Positions 15,501 to 29,394 of a DNA stretch of 64,000 nt are shown piece by piece. The translations under genes were made by a program, and so were the position numbers. The notes under the pieces were generated by a model. That model did not search any database, was not told the origin of the DNA, and worked only from the letters and a program-made list of their open reading frames with translations. This stretch comes from Balamuthia mandrillaris (Eukaryota): positions 186,001-250,000 of the forward strand of contig JAVKOQ020000038.1 in the NCBI GenBank assembly GCA_031835245.2, in the 5' to 3' direction. Each line of letters starts with the position of its first letter. Position 1 is the stretch's first letter.

Positions 15501-17499
15501 CCTACAGCTCCGACGCTCGTGCCCTTATCACCTCCTATGCTCTGGTTTCTATTCTTTCTTTCTCGCGCTTCCTCTCTCTTGTTCTAACATTCTTTGTCGT
15601 CTCCATTTCATGTATATAGTATGCTCGTTATAGACTAAGTCCAGATGCATCCATTAAACAAGAGGCTGAGCAATACTACGCCTCTCATGCACCTGACGAG
15701 CTGCCAATGGAGGCATTAGGCCTTTTGTTGAGCATCTTTGCTGACACCTCAACCACCGGCACCCTCATGTTCAAGAAGCAGCAGAAGAGAAGCGCTTGCG
15801 CTGATGAGGTGGTGAGATACTTGGCCAACCACATCAAAGTGGACAAGGACACTGGTTTGGCCCATGCTCCCTCTTACTATGATGAGCTCTCTCGTCACAG
15901 TCTTCTTCATAGCAACTACCGAGTTGGTACGTTTATTTTTGGGTTGCTTTGGTGGTTTTGTTGCTGATGTTCTTTGTTGGAACAAACAAGATGCAATGCT
16001 TTTGGAGGGATTAGTGATGGCTGATCCGGAACATGAACTGGTGGCTCCGTTGGCAAAGGGACTGCTGGCCATGCGAAGAAATGGAACATGGCTCAATACT
16101 CAAGAGAATGCTTGGGCTACCATTGCTCTCAACCGCTACTTTACTGGTACCGTGCTTCTCTTCTTTGCTGCTCTTTTCTTCCTTCCAAGCTTCTCTCTTT
16201 GTGTTATAAATGTTCACCCAAACCACAAAAACAATATCAGTTTGTGAGAAGGATAAACCAGACTTTGCTGTTCGTTTCTGGTTGGCAGAGCAATACTGTG
16301 GAGAGGCTCTCTTCAAGGGCCGAAATGCCGACACCAAGTTCATCCGAGTGCCAATGCTGGAATTCTCCAAATGCGCTCAAAAGGCAAACTCCGTCCGAGC
16401 GGCGGGTGACCTTACCTTTGGGCAAGTCGATCTTCATCGCTCCGCTGCTCTGAGCAAAGAAGGTTCCAAAGTAGGCTTGGCGTTGGCTATCGATCTGGCT
16501 GAGGCGAAGAAGACAAAGAAGGGAAGAAAAGAGGAAGAAGAAGAGGAAGGGAAGAAGAAGGGTTCTCTTCTTCAAGTGCCTGGCAGCGAACAATCTTCAG
16601 CATCTCCAAGAAAAGAGAGCAAGTCGCCAAGAAAGGATTCTTCCAAGTCTCCAAGAAAAGACTCCACCAAGTCTCCAAGGAAGGATTCCTCTTCTTCATC
16701 TTCTTCTTCCTCTGGCAAGTCCCCAAGAAAGGAAGAAAAGACAAGCAAGAAAGACAAAGGCAAGTCACCAAGAAAAGGAACCAAGATCGAAGAAAGCAAA
16801 TCCAGCTCACCTCGCGACTCTGCCAAGAACAAGAAGAAGGGAGAAGAGAAGTATCCCGCAGAGGTCGCCGATTTGTTGTTGCAAAAGGAAGGCAAAGGCC
16901 GTCTCTACTACAGACTAGGCATGAGTTACGCTCCCGCTGATCTCGTCATCCCTGCAAAGAGCTTCGGCTTCACCGTGCAACGCCGCTTCTCCGCTGTTAT
17001 CACCGACGACGAGAAAGACGCAGAGAGGAAGAAGCAGCAAGAAGAGAAAGTGAAGCAAGATAAGGATGGCGTGTGGCACGTGGTCAAAGGTTCTTTGGTG
17101 CGAGTAACGTTGACGGTGACTGCGAACTTCCCGAGATACAACATTGCGCTTGTGGATAAGTTGGCAGCTGGGTTAGAGGCTGAGAATCCGGCTATCAACA
17201 AGGTGACCAAAGACAAGTCCGTGAAGGAAGAAGAAGAGAAGGGCAAAGACAAGGAGGAGGAGAAGGACAAGACAACGGTTTGGTGGCAGCATCAAAACCT
17301 GAGAGATGAGAGAGTGGAATGCTATGCCTCTGAGCTGGCCAAAGGAGTGGAGTACAAGTACGAGTACATTGCCCGAGCGACCAGCGAGGGACGCTTCGTG
17401 GTGCCGCCTTGTAGATGCGAGGAGATGTACAATCCTGACTTGTATGGTCACACCGCATCCACCATCCTTGTTGTGGAGTGTGAGAAGAAAGAAGAATAA
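964..17499 (+). CDS. Giant multi-exon bacterial-type alpha-2-macroglobulin family protein: acidic/coiled N-terminus, about 6 tandem Big_5 (Ig-like) repeat units, inserted SPRY domain, MG domains, thioester domain, C-terminal domain
   Basis: Motifs DDRRMYRPKEEVHIKG (spliced), FQVQEFRRPEF, VVVDEAVLAL, VRSNFNPLANF, IPDSLTRYR, PPRFLNFGD, YSYPNECCEQ (CxEQ at 15122-15133), TWLNTQENAWA, HQNLRDERV, EEMYNPDLYGHT. SPRY motifs LPGWKSHSYGYHSDD and WGVGDVIGCG at ~6730-6870. All exons on +; start ATG 964 is inferred. Confidence 0.85.
16603..16815 (+). repeat. Coding tandem KSPRK(D/E)S repeats inside the A2M last exon
   Basis: ASPRKESKSPRKDSSKSPRKDSTKSPRKDSS...KSPRKEE...KSPRKG in ORF 16210..17499. Confidence 0.8.
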
Positions 17500-17581
17500 A
17501 ACGCGGCAAGCAAAAGTGGAACTAGCACCATGCGAGGATTGTATTTACATATCAAATAAAAACCAAAAATATTTCTCTCTC

Positions 17582-18121
<540 letters not shown>

Positions 18122-18726
18122 TTATTTGTGTTGTTGCAAGTCTTTGTTGCTTGTGTTGTTGCGTTGAAAGCAACATTTTCGTAGCGAGAGGCATTTATAT
18201 CAACAACAATCCTTGGATGCTCAAACGACGTAGAATGGGCGACGTCGTTTCCGTCTCGCAGAAGCACCAACCGCTGAAGTGACGACGTCGCCCTTTTTTT
18301 TTTCTGGCTTCCATGAAACTTTCTTCGAGTTTGTCGACACTAACATGTTGCGGACATACCTGAATGACGTCACCTATTTCCATTTCTATTAATGGGTTAA
18401 GTAATCGATCGATCATACTGCAGCCAAACAGGACAGGTTGAGCAGTGCAGGGGGTAGCAACCTCCTTAACCTGTTGCTATGCGACGGATTACCTTAAACC
18501 AAATTGCGGTGCCTTACCTTAAACCCAAATAAGGAATCTAATTTCACGTTCTCCTACAAAACACAAGAAGAAATAACGCATAGTGTTTTCATTTTTTATT
18601 TTTTTTTTTGTTGCAGACAGAAAAATAGCAGAAGGACAACTCGCTTACGCCACCAGTCTCTCGTGGACGTGTACAACCACACACCAATTTGTTAGTTTGC
18701 TTTCAACTTTTGCAGAGGTAGACGAG

Positions 18727-20857
18727 ATGGACGGCCCTAAAGAAACAACGCTGGAGGTGCCCACGGAGGCAGTGAGCGAGCTCAGCCTTGCCCACAACAA
18801 CACCAACGACGACGGCGGTAGCTCGCCACTGCCTGCTGCTGAACAGTTCTTTGATGAGATCCCTGAAACTGGTCCTGGACTTCGTCTCACCTTCGATAGG
18901 TGTGTAGTTATTTTCACTTTTTTTTTCTTCTCTCTTCTCGGTTTTTGTAACCTCAACAAAAAAAAAAAACAGCGCAGGCAGTGAAGGTGGAGGCGGCTTC
19001 ACCATCAAAGCCGTGGTGGTGGACAACATGCCCAACCTGCGCAAGGCCAGGCGGCACCACCGCAGACAGAAGCCCAAGCGCCGCCAGAAAAAGACGGAAG
19101 CCCAAAAGGCCAAGAAGCGGCTCAAACAAAAGGAGGCCAGGAAGAAGGCCAGGGAGCAGGCCCGCTCGGCCAGGGAGCAGGCCCTCCTCCTGGCCCAGAC
19201 CTCCATCCTGGCCACGGCGGATGCTGAGGAAGCCATGACGGTCTTCTCGGAGCCACCTCCCTCTGAATACGCTGTGCTGAGGGAGAAGGTGCTCAATGCC
19301 AACAAGGACATCAACGTGGTGCAGGTCAAGGACAGCAAGAAGGTGGAGGAGCTGCTGGAGGCGGAGCTGGAGAAGGGACATGACACTGCGTTCTACTTGA
19401 CGGACCTGACCAACCTCATCGAGAAGTACCTTCAGTGGAAGAAGTACCTGCCTCGAGCTACGCCTTTCTACGGTACCTTTCTTGTTCCTTGTTCTTCTTC
19501 CCTCTTTCTTTCTTTCTGTCTTTCTTTCTTTTTCTTCCTCTTCTTATATGTTTTTGTTTCTCACTGGTAGTCTAACATTACACAAACAACCATCAGCCAT
19601 GAAGTGCAACCCTGATCCTATTATCGTGCGCTCACTGGTGGCTTGTGGCACCGGCCTGGACTGTGCCAGCAAAGCTGAGCTTCAACTCGCCCAATCTCTT
19701 GGTCTCTCTCCGGATAACGTCATCTTTGCCCATCCCTGTAAAAACCCTGGTAATGACTTCTCCTCTTTACTTTCAGTATAACCTTTCTCTTACGACTGTC
19801 CGTATAGTTCATTTGGCCTACGCGAAAGAACACAACTTTAAAATGATGACCTTTGACAACAGCTCCGAACTCGACAAGATCCACAAGCTCTATCCCGATG
19901 CTCAGGTGGTGCTCCGCATCCTGGCAGACGATTCTCACTCCCTCATGGCCTTTGGCTCCAAGTTTGGTGCCGCCAAGGAGGAGATTCCTGAGCTCATTCA
20001 ACTCTGCAAGAAGCTGGACCTGAAGCTCATCGGTGTGAGCTTCCACGTGGGCAGCGGCTGCCTCTCTGGCGAAGCCTTCCGCAACTCCCTACATATGGTG
20101 AGAGATGTGTTTGACCAAGCCAAAGAGGTGCTTGGTTACGAGCTAACGCTGGTGGATATCGGCGGTGGCTGGCCTGGTGTAGACACAGAAGCCGTAAACT
20201 TCCCCGCCATGGCCTCTGTGGTGGCTCCCTGCCTGGACGAGCTCTTCCCACCCCATGTGAGGGTCATCGCGGAGCCTGGCAGATATTTTGCCACAGAGAC
20301 GGTCACCTTGGCGGCCAACATCATATCCAGGAGGGAAAGGCAGCTGACGGGCGCCACCAAGAAACAGATCCAGTACTACCTTAGCGATGGTGTCTATGGT
20401 TCCTTCAACAACATCGTACGAATTCCTTCCTTTCCTCGCTTTTGTTTGTCATCTTCGCGACCTATTCTTTATTAATGTGCTGTTGGAAACGATATAGATT
20501 TTCGACCACGCAAAGCCCAACCCCAAGCTGCTGCCCACGAAAGCTCAGAAGGAGGCTGCCGCCGCAGCGGCAACGCCTGCTTCTACTTCTGAAGAAGAAC
20601 CCGCAGCTGCAACCACCACACCCTCGACTTCAGAGGGAGGTGGAGATGGTCGGAAGCGGGTGACCCCAGAGAAGGTCTCCAGCACCCTCTTCGGACCGAC
20701 GTGCGACAGCATCGACATCATCTGCAGCGATGTGGACCTGCCCTCGTTGGAGCCGGGCGACTGGCTGTACTTCACCGCGATGGGGGCCTACACAAGCTCT
20801 GCCGCCAGCTCCTTCAACGGCTTCAACCCTCCTTCCAGCACTTACATCATTTCCTAG
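18727..20857 (+). CDS. ODC1: Ornithine decarboxylase (fold-III PLP enzyme) with a long N-terminal extension, multi-exon
   Basis: PFY|AMKCNPD (PLP Lys), DCASKAE, FHVGSG, DIGGG, EPGRY, DGVYGSFN, FGPTCDSID, MGAYT. Confidence 0.92.
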
Positions 20858-21337
20858 CGTTCTTCTTTGTTTTTTTGTCCTTCCTCTTTGCTTTGCTTCT
20901 TTGCGCTAGCCTTGTCTTTCTATTTCATGTAAACATTTGTTTTTATATTATTCACCAACAAAAAAAAAAGTCTTTTCTTTTTTTTTTTTTGGCTTTTTTC
21001 CATTTCTTTTTTGTTTGTTTTTTTTGAAGTTTATTTTGTTTTCGTTTTTTGTTGTTTTTTTTTGTGTGTTTTTATTTTTGTTGTTTTTATTTTTGTTGTT
21101 GTTTTTTTGTTGGTTTTATATTTTTCTTTGTGTGTTTTTATTTATTTTTGTTGGTTTTTTTTTGTTGGTTTTTGGTTTGTTGGGGGAAGCGACTTGGAGG
21201 ATGACATCACGGTTCGCATATACGGGCATGGGTGACATCACAAAAGGGGGAATTACGAGCAGCAACTGCCAAACGTGTTTGGTGCCGCTGCCCCGGCTGT
21301 TTTATTGCCACTACACAGCAAAAGCGACCGAAAAGCA

Positions 21338-21339
<2 letters not shown>

Positions 21340-21403
<64 letters not shown>
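21340..21403. repeat. (GA)n microsatellite
   Basis: Directly visible; many similar CT/GA tracts occur in introns across the window. Confidence 0.95.
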
Positions 21404-21407
<4 letters not shown>

Positions 21408-21565
21408 AGCGTTTGAGGGAGGGGTTTTCGCCTCTGTGATTTGTATGCGTATTCTTTTGGGAGAGCGTGGAGCAGTTTGTTTTTTTTTCTCTCTCTCTTG
21501 GAGACCATTTATTTTATTTATTTATTTATTTTTTTTTAAAGAGAAATTAGAAGCCACATAACGTT

Positions 21566-23793
<2,228 letters not shown>

Positions 23794-23859
23794 AATCCCC
23801 TCTACATTTCAATTAAAGCATTGCTTTGTACTCAAGGCTTATCAACTGTGCGCCGCCTG

Positions 23860-24000
23860 AGTTCGCTTATTGCTATACTCCAACAGCTCAACGTGCCATT
23901 TTCTTCTCTCTCTCTCTCTCTCTCACCCGCTTCTAATGCGTTCTTGAGTTCTAGCTTCTTATTCGATGTTGAGCTGCTGGAGTATAGCGCTAAGCGAACT
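23860..24000. ncRNA. Long intergenic hairpin, pre-miRNA-like candidate
   Basis: Arms 23860-23892 and 23968-24000 are a 33-bp inverted repeat with 3 differences. An outer 8-bp stem is formed by 23831-23838 and 24017-24024. Confidence 0.45.
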
Positions 24001-24192
24001 TTTGTGTGGCTTTAGGGCCTTGAGCTCTTGCCAGGTCGAAGAACACGGCCTTGTGACAACCTTTTGGGTCGCAGTACACCTACCGCACCGGCCACCTTTT
24101 TGCCGCTCACGCTTTGTTGAAGCAAAAGCGCAGTTACGAAAGGACCCCTCCTCCTATTTTTCAGAGCATGATCTCTCTTCAGCAGGACCTGA

Positions 24193-24255
<63 letters not shown>

Positions 24256-24475
24256 GAGAGACAGAGATACAGAGAGAGAACAAGTGAGTGAGATAATACA
24301 ACCCTGTTGGGTTGCAGGCAGTGGCGACTTTGGCTCAGACGGGACCAATGCCGTCAGAGACAAGAAGAGAGAAGTTTACAAGAGTGCTGCGGTTCTCCGG
24401 GCCACACCAACCATTTTTTTCTGCATGTGTGTATGAATGTACAAATACCACAACTAAGATGAAAAGAAACCGGTC

Positions 24476-26399
24476 TTAGGCTTTGCCTGGTGGGTTCGTG
24501 CCTCTCCACCGGCACAACATGAGCTGATAGCCCAACAAAAATGCCCCACAAACAAAACTGCTGGCGGCAGCAAACCCGAACGAAAAGTTTCGTGTGGAGA
24601 CAGCCAACAGAGGGAAGAGGATCCTGCCTATGCTCCCCGCGGATGTCATGTACCCCATTTGTGTCCCTTGTGGCTTGCGACCCAACATCTTGGCAAATGT
24701 CGAGATGATGAGCACTTGACTGATGGGAGAACCCAAGCTCCAAATCAATATCGCTCCTGTGAACGAATAATAAACAGAAGAGCGAAGAAAGAAGTAGAAC
24801 AAGCACAAGAACAAGAAGAAAGAAAGTACGAAGCATGAGTACAACGAAAGGGCAAAAAGAATGAAGAACGAGAGAAGAGAGTTACCAGCCAAGAAACGAG
24901 AGAAGCGAATGCTTCCATCCATGTCAAAGTCAAGGAAGAGCAGGGAGCCAACAGCAACCACGATGAAAGACAGAATGAGCAGCAAGTAATTGGGGATCTT
25001 CTTTCGTGCAAAGTCAATCACAAAGTAGACGGCCATTCCACCAAGACCAAGATAAAAGAACATCATGCCGGCTTTCGAGACATTTTCCGTTGATGCTCCA
25101 ATAGATCGCAGATACAGCGGAGTTCCCTATTTCGTGATGGGAAGAGGAGGAGGAAAGGCTCAGAGGTTAGAGAACGACACTAAAAAGCTAAAGTTTGAAC
25201 CCATACCTCCGTCTCAAGGAGGGCAATAACGCCTCGTCCCACAAAGTTAAACAAAATAAAGAGAGTTATTCCCACGAAAGTGAACCAATACTCCGTATCC
25301 CGTTTCGTTACAGTTCCAATCGGTTGCTTCTCACTCTCTTCTTTGGTCGGTGGAATGGACTTCATCATGAAGACCCACCAAAAGAAAACCAACAAGTTGG
25401 AAAGCACTAATACCCATCCAGGAGAGGTATAACGGTCGAAGGGAACCGGTCCAATGGAAAAGTCGACCAAGGTAAGCAAAGAGCCTAACCCAGGCGTTAA
25501 GGCGAAACCGGCAAACTGACAAGCTGCCAGCCATGCCATATATCTATTTGTAAAATGGAAGAACGTAGGAAACAACAACAAATAAGCAACAACGAAAAGC
25601 AAACAGAAAGAACAACCTAAGAAGAAATAAAAAATACTCACTTGACGAGTTCTTCGGAGGAAACGAGATAAGCAATATGTGCTCTGCTAACCGAAAGCAC
25701 ACCCGTAGCGAAACCTATGATGGTCCTCGATAGCAACAAGACCCAAACGGATGTTATCTCTGCGAACGCGTACAACAGGTTGCCAACAAACGCGAGAAAC
25801 AACGAAAGCAACATCACATCCTTCACCGATCGTTTTGTGCTTAGCCATCCCAGCACCAACGATGATATCAACCGACCTTTGGTGGTGTTAGAATATCAGA
25901 TGATATTACGAGAACAGCAGCAAAATGAAACGTCAAGAAAGAAAGAAACAAGAAGACAACAACAGAGAGAGAGATAGAGAGAGAGGAGAGAGGGGAGAGA
26001 GAGGAGAGAGAGAGAGAGGAGAGAGGAGAGGAGATCAAACCTAAAGAAAAGGCGCCAACGATAACACCAACAAAAGCAACGTCGTTCAACCGCCAGAACA
26101 AGAACGGCACCGTGTGGTCATCCTTGGTCACTCGGTCCACATAACCGGCCAACGAGGGGATGACGAGCCCTCTGGAGGCCTCGCCCACCAGGGTCACCAG
26201 AAATATTCCGACAACGTTCGTCACGAACTCCTTTTGGGTGAAAGTGGGGCGCGCGGTGAGGCTCCCCTCTAGCAACGTCTCCTGCGGCAGGTCCGCTTTT
26301 TCCAGCCGATCCTCCAGGTCCTCTAGTTCCCATGAAGTTGTGTCGTCATCACTTTCACTCCCTGTATTGTTCTTACAAGTTAACAGAAAAAAAAGTAGG

Positions 26400-26439
<40 letters not shown>

Positions 26440-26578
26440 CAACAGGTGAAGAGAAGAAGAAGAAGACGAAGAAGAACAAGAAGAACAAGGGGCTACCAGT
26501 GGGATCATTGGAAAGCGAAGTGTAGCGGCCTTTGCCGACTTTCTCTTCATTCGTTTTCTCAGTGTCATTGTTAAACAT
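24476..26578 (-). CDS. Major facilitator superfamily transporter (MFSD8/CLN7-like), multi-exon
   Basis: LVGEASRGLVIPSL, GAFSLGRLISSLVLGWLS, FVGNLLYAFA, SRTIIGFATG, QFAGFALTPGLG, QGTQMGYMTSAGSIGRILFP; many transmembrane segments. Confidence 0.82.
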
Positions 26579-26943
26579 TTCTTCCAACAGAAGCGAACTA
26601 CAGAAGAAGAAAACAAAAAACAAAATGAACGATGTGGAGAATATTAGGCGATGAAGGAGAGAGGCGAAGCGAAAAGCAGGAGTTTTCAGACTTCACCTAA
26701 CCCTGTTTTCTGTTCGTTTTCTTCTGCCTCTCTCCCGTTGTGCCGTGCCAATCTACATGCGATCTCTGCAATTTTTCTGTGATTTTCTATTGGTTCGGGT
26801 GTTAATTTCGGGAATACGGCATATTTTGGATTGGTCCACGTGGACATAGTATCGGGATCTGGAGTTTTCCTATTTACGTCAGTTAATTTCACATGTACCT
26901 TAAAATTGATCACCTTAAATTGGTGTGTATTTTCTGTATCTCT

Positions 26944-29101
26944 TTACGATGTATCCCGATAGTAAGGCGAAGCATCCAACAATCTGAAATGAGACAAACT
27001 GTCCAGCAGCCACAACAATGACAGCGGCCTCCTTCCACACCGTCTTTCTATCTTTTTCACTTCTTCTGTGGAGCAAGTAGGATCGCACAGCACATAAATC
27101 GTTTCATGCCCTTCCTCCTCTTCATGTTCCTCTTTTCTTTTTCTTTTTTCTGAACTTCGTTTTTTGTCGGTGTGGTTGCTTGCCTTCCTCGTTTTTTGCT
27201 TCTTCTGAAGGGAAGAAAGAACCGTTCCTCCTCCGGCTTCAATGATGCTCTCCAGTTCTGTCTTTTTGGGGTTCGGAGGATCAAACTTTCCGGCAAGAAA
27301 AAAGGTTTTGCCATGAAACAGCTTTTTTCTAGTGTTTGTCGCGGAAGTTGAAGAAGAAGAAGAAGAAGAACAAGAAGAACAAGAAGAATTGTTAAGGCGA
27401 GCTTTGGAGGGAGCACCAGTGGCGACCGTATCTCCTCGAATTTCGAACAGGCTCTCCTCCAAAAACTTTTTTTGTTTTGAGCTGTACTCTATCCCTTTTT
27501 TTTTAATGTTAACACAAATAGAACAGCAAAAAGTAGAGACGGGAAGAGAAAGAGAAACGTACAATCCCAATTGACAATCCACACACCACCCTTCAACAGA
27601 GAGAGAAAGTATTTGATAGTGCGACGCATGGTCAGGCTGGAATCAGCCGTTACCAGATGTGTCACTTCCTTAGTGAACTTGTTAACCATTTTTCCTCCTA
27701 GCTTATTACATACTTGTCGCAGTTCCGCCTGTTTGAAATTAAAAAGAATAAAAATTCAGAAAAACAAATACAAAGAGAATAAGGAGAAGATATACCGTCT
27801 TCTTCTTGTCTAACCCGGTGCCGAGTAACACGAACTTGGGAGATGCAGAAGGTTCGGTGACGGAGGCAAATACGGCGGCCGTTGGATACTCATCTTGCGG
27901 CATGACGTCCTTTAACAAAGGTTGATGAGTTTCATTCGTTGGTTGAAGCGCTTTGCGTCCTAGTTTCTCATTATCAACATGGCTTCCCTTTCTCCTCCTT
28001 GTAGTCATTTGGTTGATTTGTTCTTCGTCTTCTGTTTCTTCTTCTTCTTCTTCTTCTTCTTTTTCTTCTGCTGTACATGCGATTGTGCTACTTCTTCTTG
28101 TTATATTCTTATTGCTCATGTTTTCTCGTTTATACCGTTTCGCAGTATTTTCTTTTGCGCTTTCGTTCTCTTTTTCTTCGTCTTCTTCTTCATTTTCCTC
28201 TGCATCTTGCTCTCGTTCTGCTTCCTCTTCTTCCCGTTTGCAACGTCGTTGTCTTTTACTGTTATTACCATTCGACACGTCTTTCAATGGAGCTCTCTTT
28301 GGCCTCCGTTTTGAAGAGGCAGTCGGAGACCGAATAGCAAAGAGAAATGGCGAAGACGAGGTTGTGGGGTCACTGGCATCTGGGTCAGAGGTTAACACGT
28401 CTTGGAGCACTTCTAAGGCGTGTTCGTGCTCATGAACCAAATGAGGATTGACTTCCGTTATATCTTGTGATGAAGGAAAGAGGGCAGAGTCATCGTTGAG
28501 GCCTTGTTCTCGTTGTTTCTCTCTCTTCGCCTTCTTAGTGTTGCTAAGATATCGCTGAAAAGAACGAGCAGAAGAAGAAGAAGAGGAAGCAGCAGCACGA
28601 GAAAGAAGCTGTTGGAGGGTTTCATAGGCAGTGGCGAGGTTGCCAAGGCAATTGTTCTTTTGTAGGGAGCGAGGAAAAGCGGGCACTTGACAGAGAGGGC
28701 AGGCGTTGCGCAGCTTGAGGCCCTCTTTGATGCAGTCGTGACAAAAGGCGTGGTTGCACGGAAGACTAAAAGGATCGTTAAATGTATCTCTGCTGCAGAA
28801 GCAAAACAATAAGCGCGTTAGGAAGCACAGAAGACAACGCACAGAGTGAGAGAATGAAGAAGAGAAGGGAGTGAGAGAGAGAGAGAGAAGCAGAGAAGAA
28901 GAAAAGAAATCAAAAAATGTGGTGAAAGGTCGAGCAACGTGAAACAAACCAAATGGCGCACATGAGCTCTTTGCCGATGGCTGCTACTTGAAACTTTATG
29001 GCAGAGAGTACGTCCTCATTGGCGCCGCCCACTGATTCTTCTCCTTCATCGTCGTCGGCGCCGTGCTCCTGCTCGTCCACTTCAGCCCTGCCCTCCTCCA
29101 T
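26944..29101 (-). CDS. BRCA1/BARD1-like RING finger plus tandem BRCT protein
   Basis: RING CAIC|RDTF...PCNHAFCHDC...CPLC. BRCT1: VTHLVT...RTIKYF...WIVNW. BRCT2: LFHGKTFFL...IIEAGGG...WLLDSLS. Confidence 0.85.
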
Positions 29102-29394
29102 CTTTCATTATGATTATTTTTTCTATATCCCCTTGTATCCAAACAATGCAAGGAATGCTTGTCATTTTATTGTCGACATATCCATTGAAATTCCATGGGT
29201 TCCCGCCTTTTTTTTCCCAACAAAACCGGTGTTGGCGCCTGCTGCTCCTCGCTTTGTCTCCCTCTTCACCTGTATATATACGATAGACGGAACCATAAGC
29301 ATATGGCTACGGCCATTGAGGAACTTGGCGCTGCGGCCTCGGTTTTTGAGGGCCTCTTTGCCGTTGGTCGGTGCGGTCATGGGCGGCCTTTCCT

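Noticed and set aside
18435..18530. Short inverted repeats and a duplicated TTACCTTAAACC motif between ARF and ODC
   Set aside because: Too short to call an RNA gene; could be promoter elements but unsupported.
20937..21416. Phe-rich, membrane-like ORFs
   Set aside because: Translation of a T-rich 3' region and a GA microsatellite.
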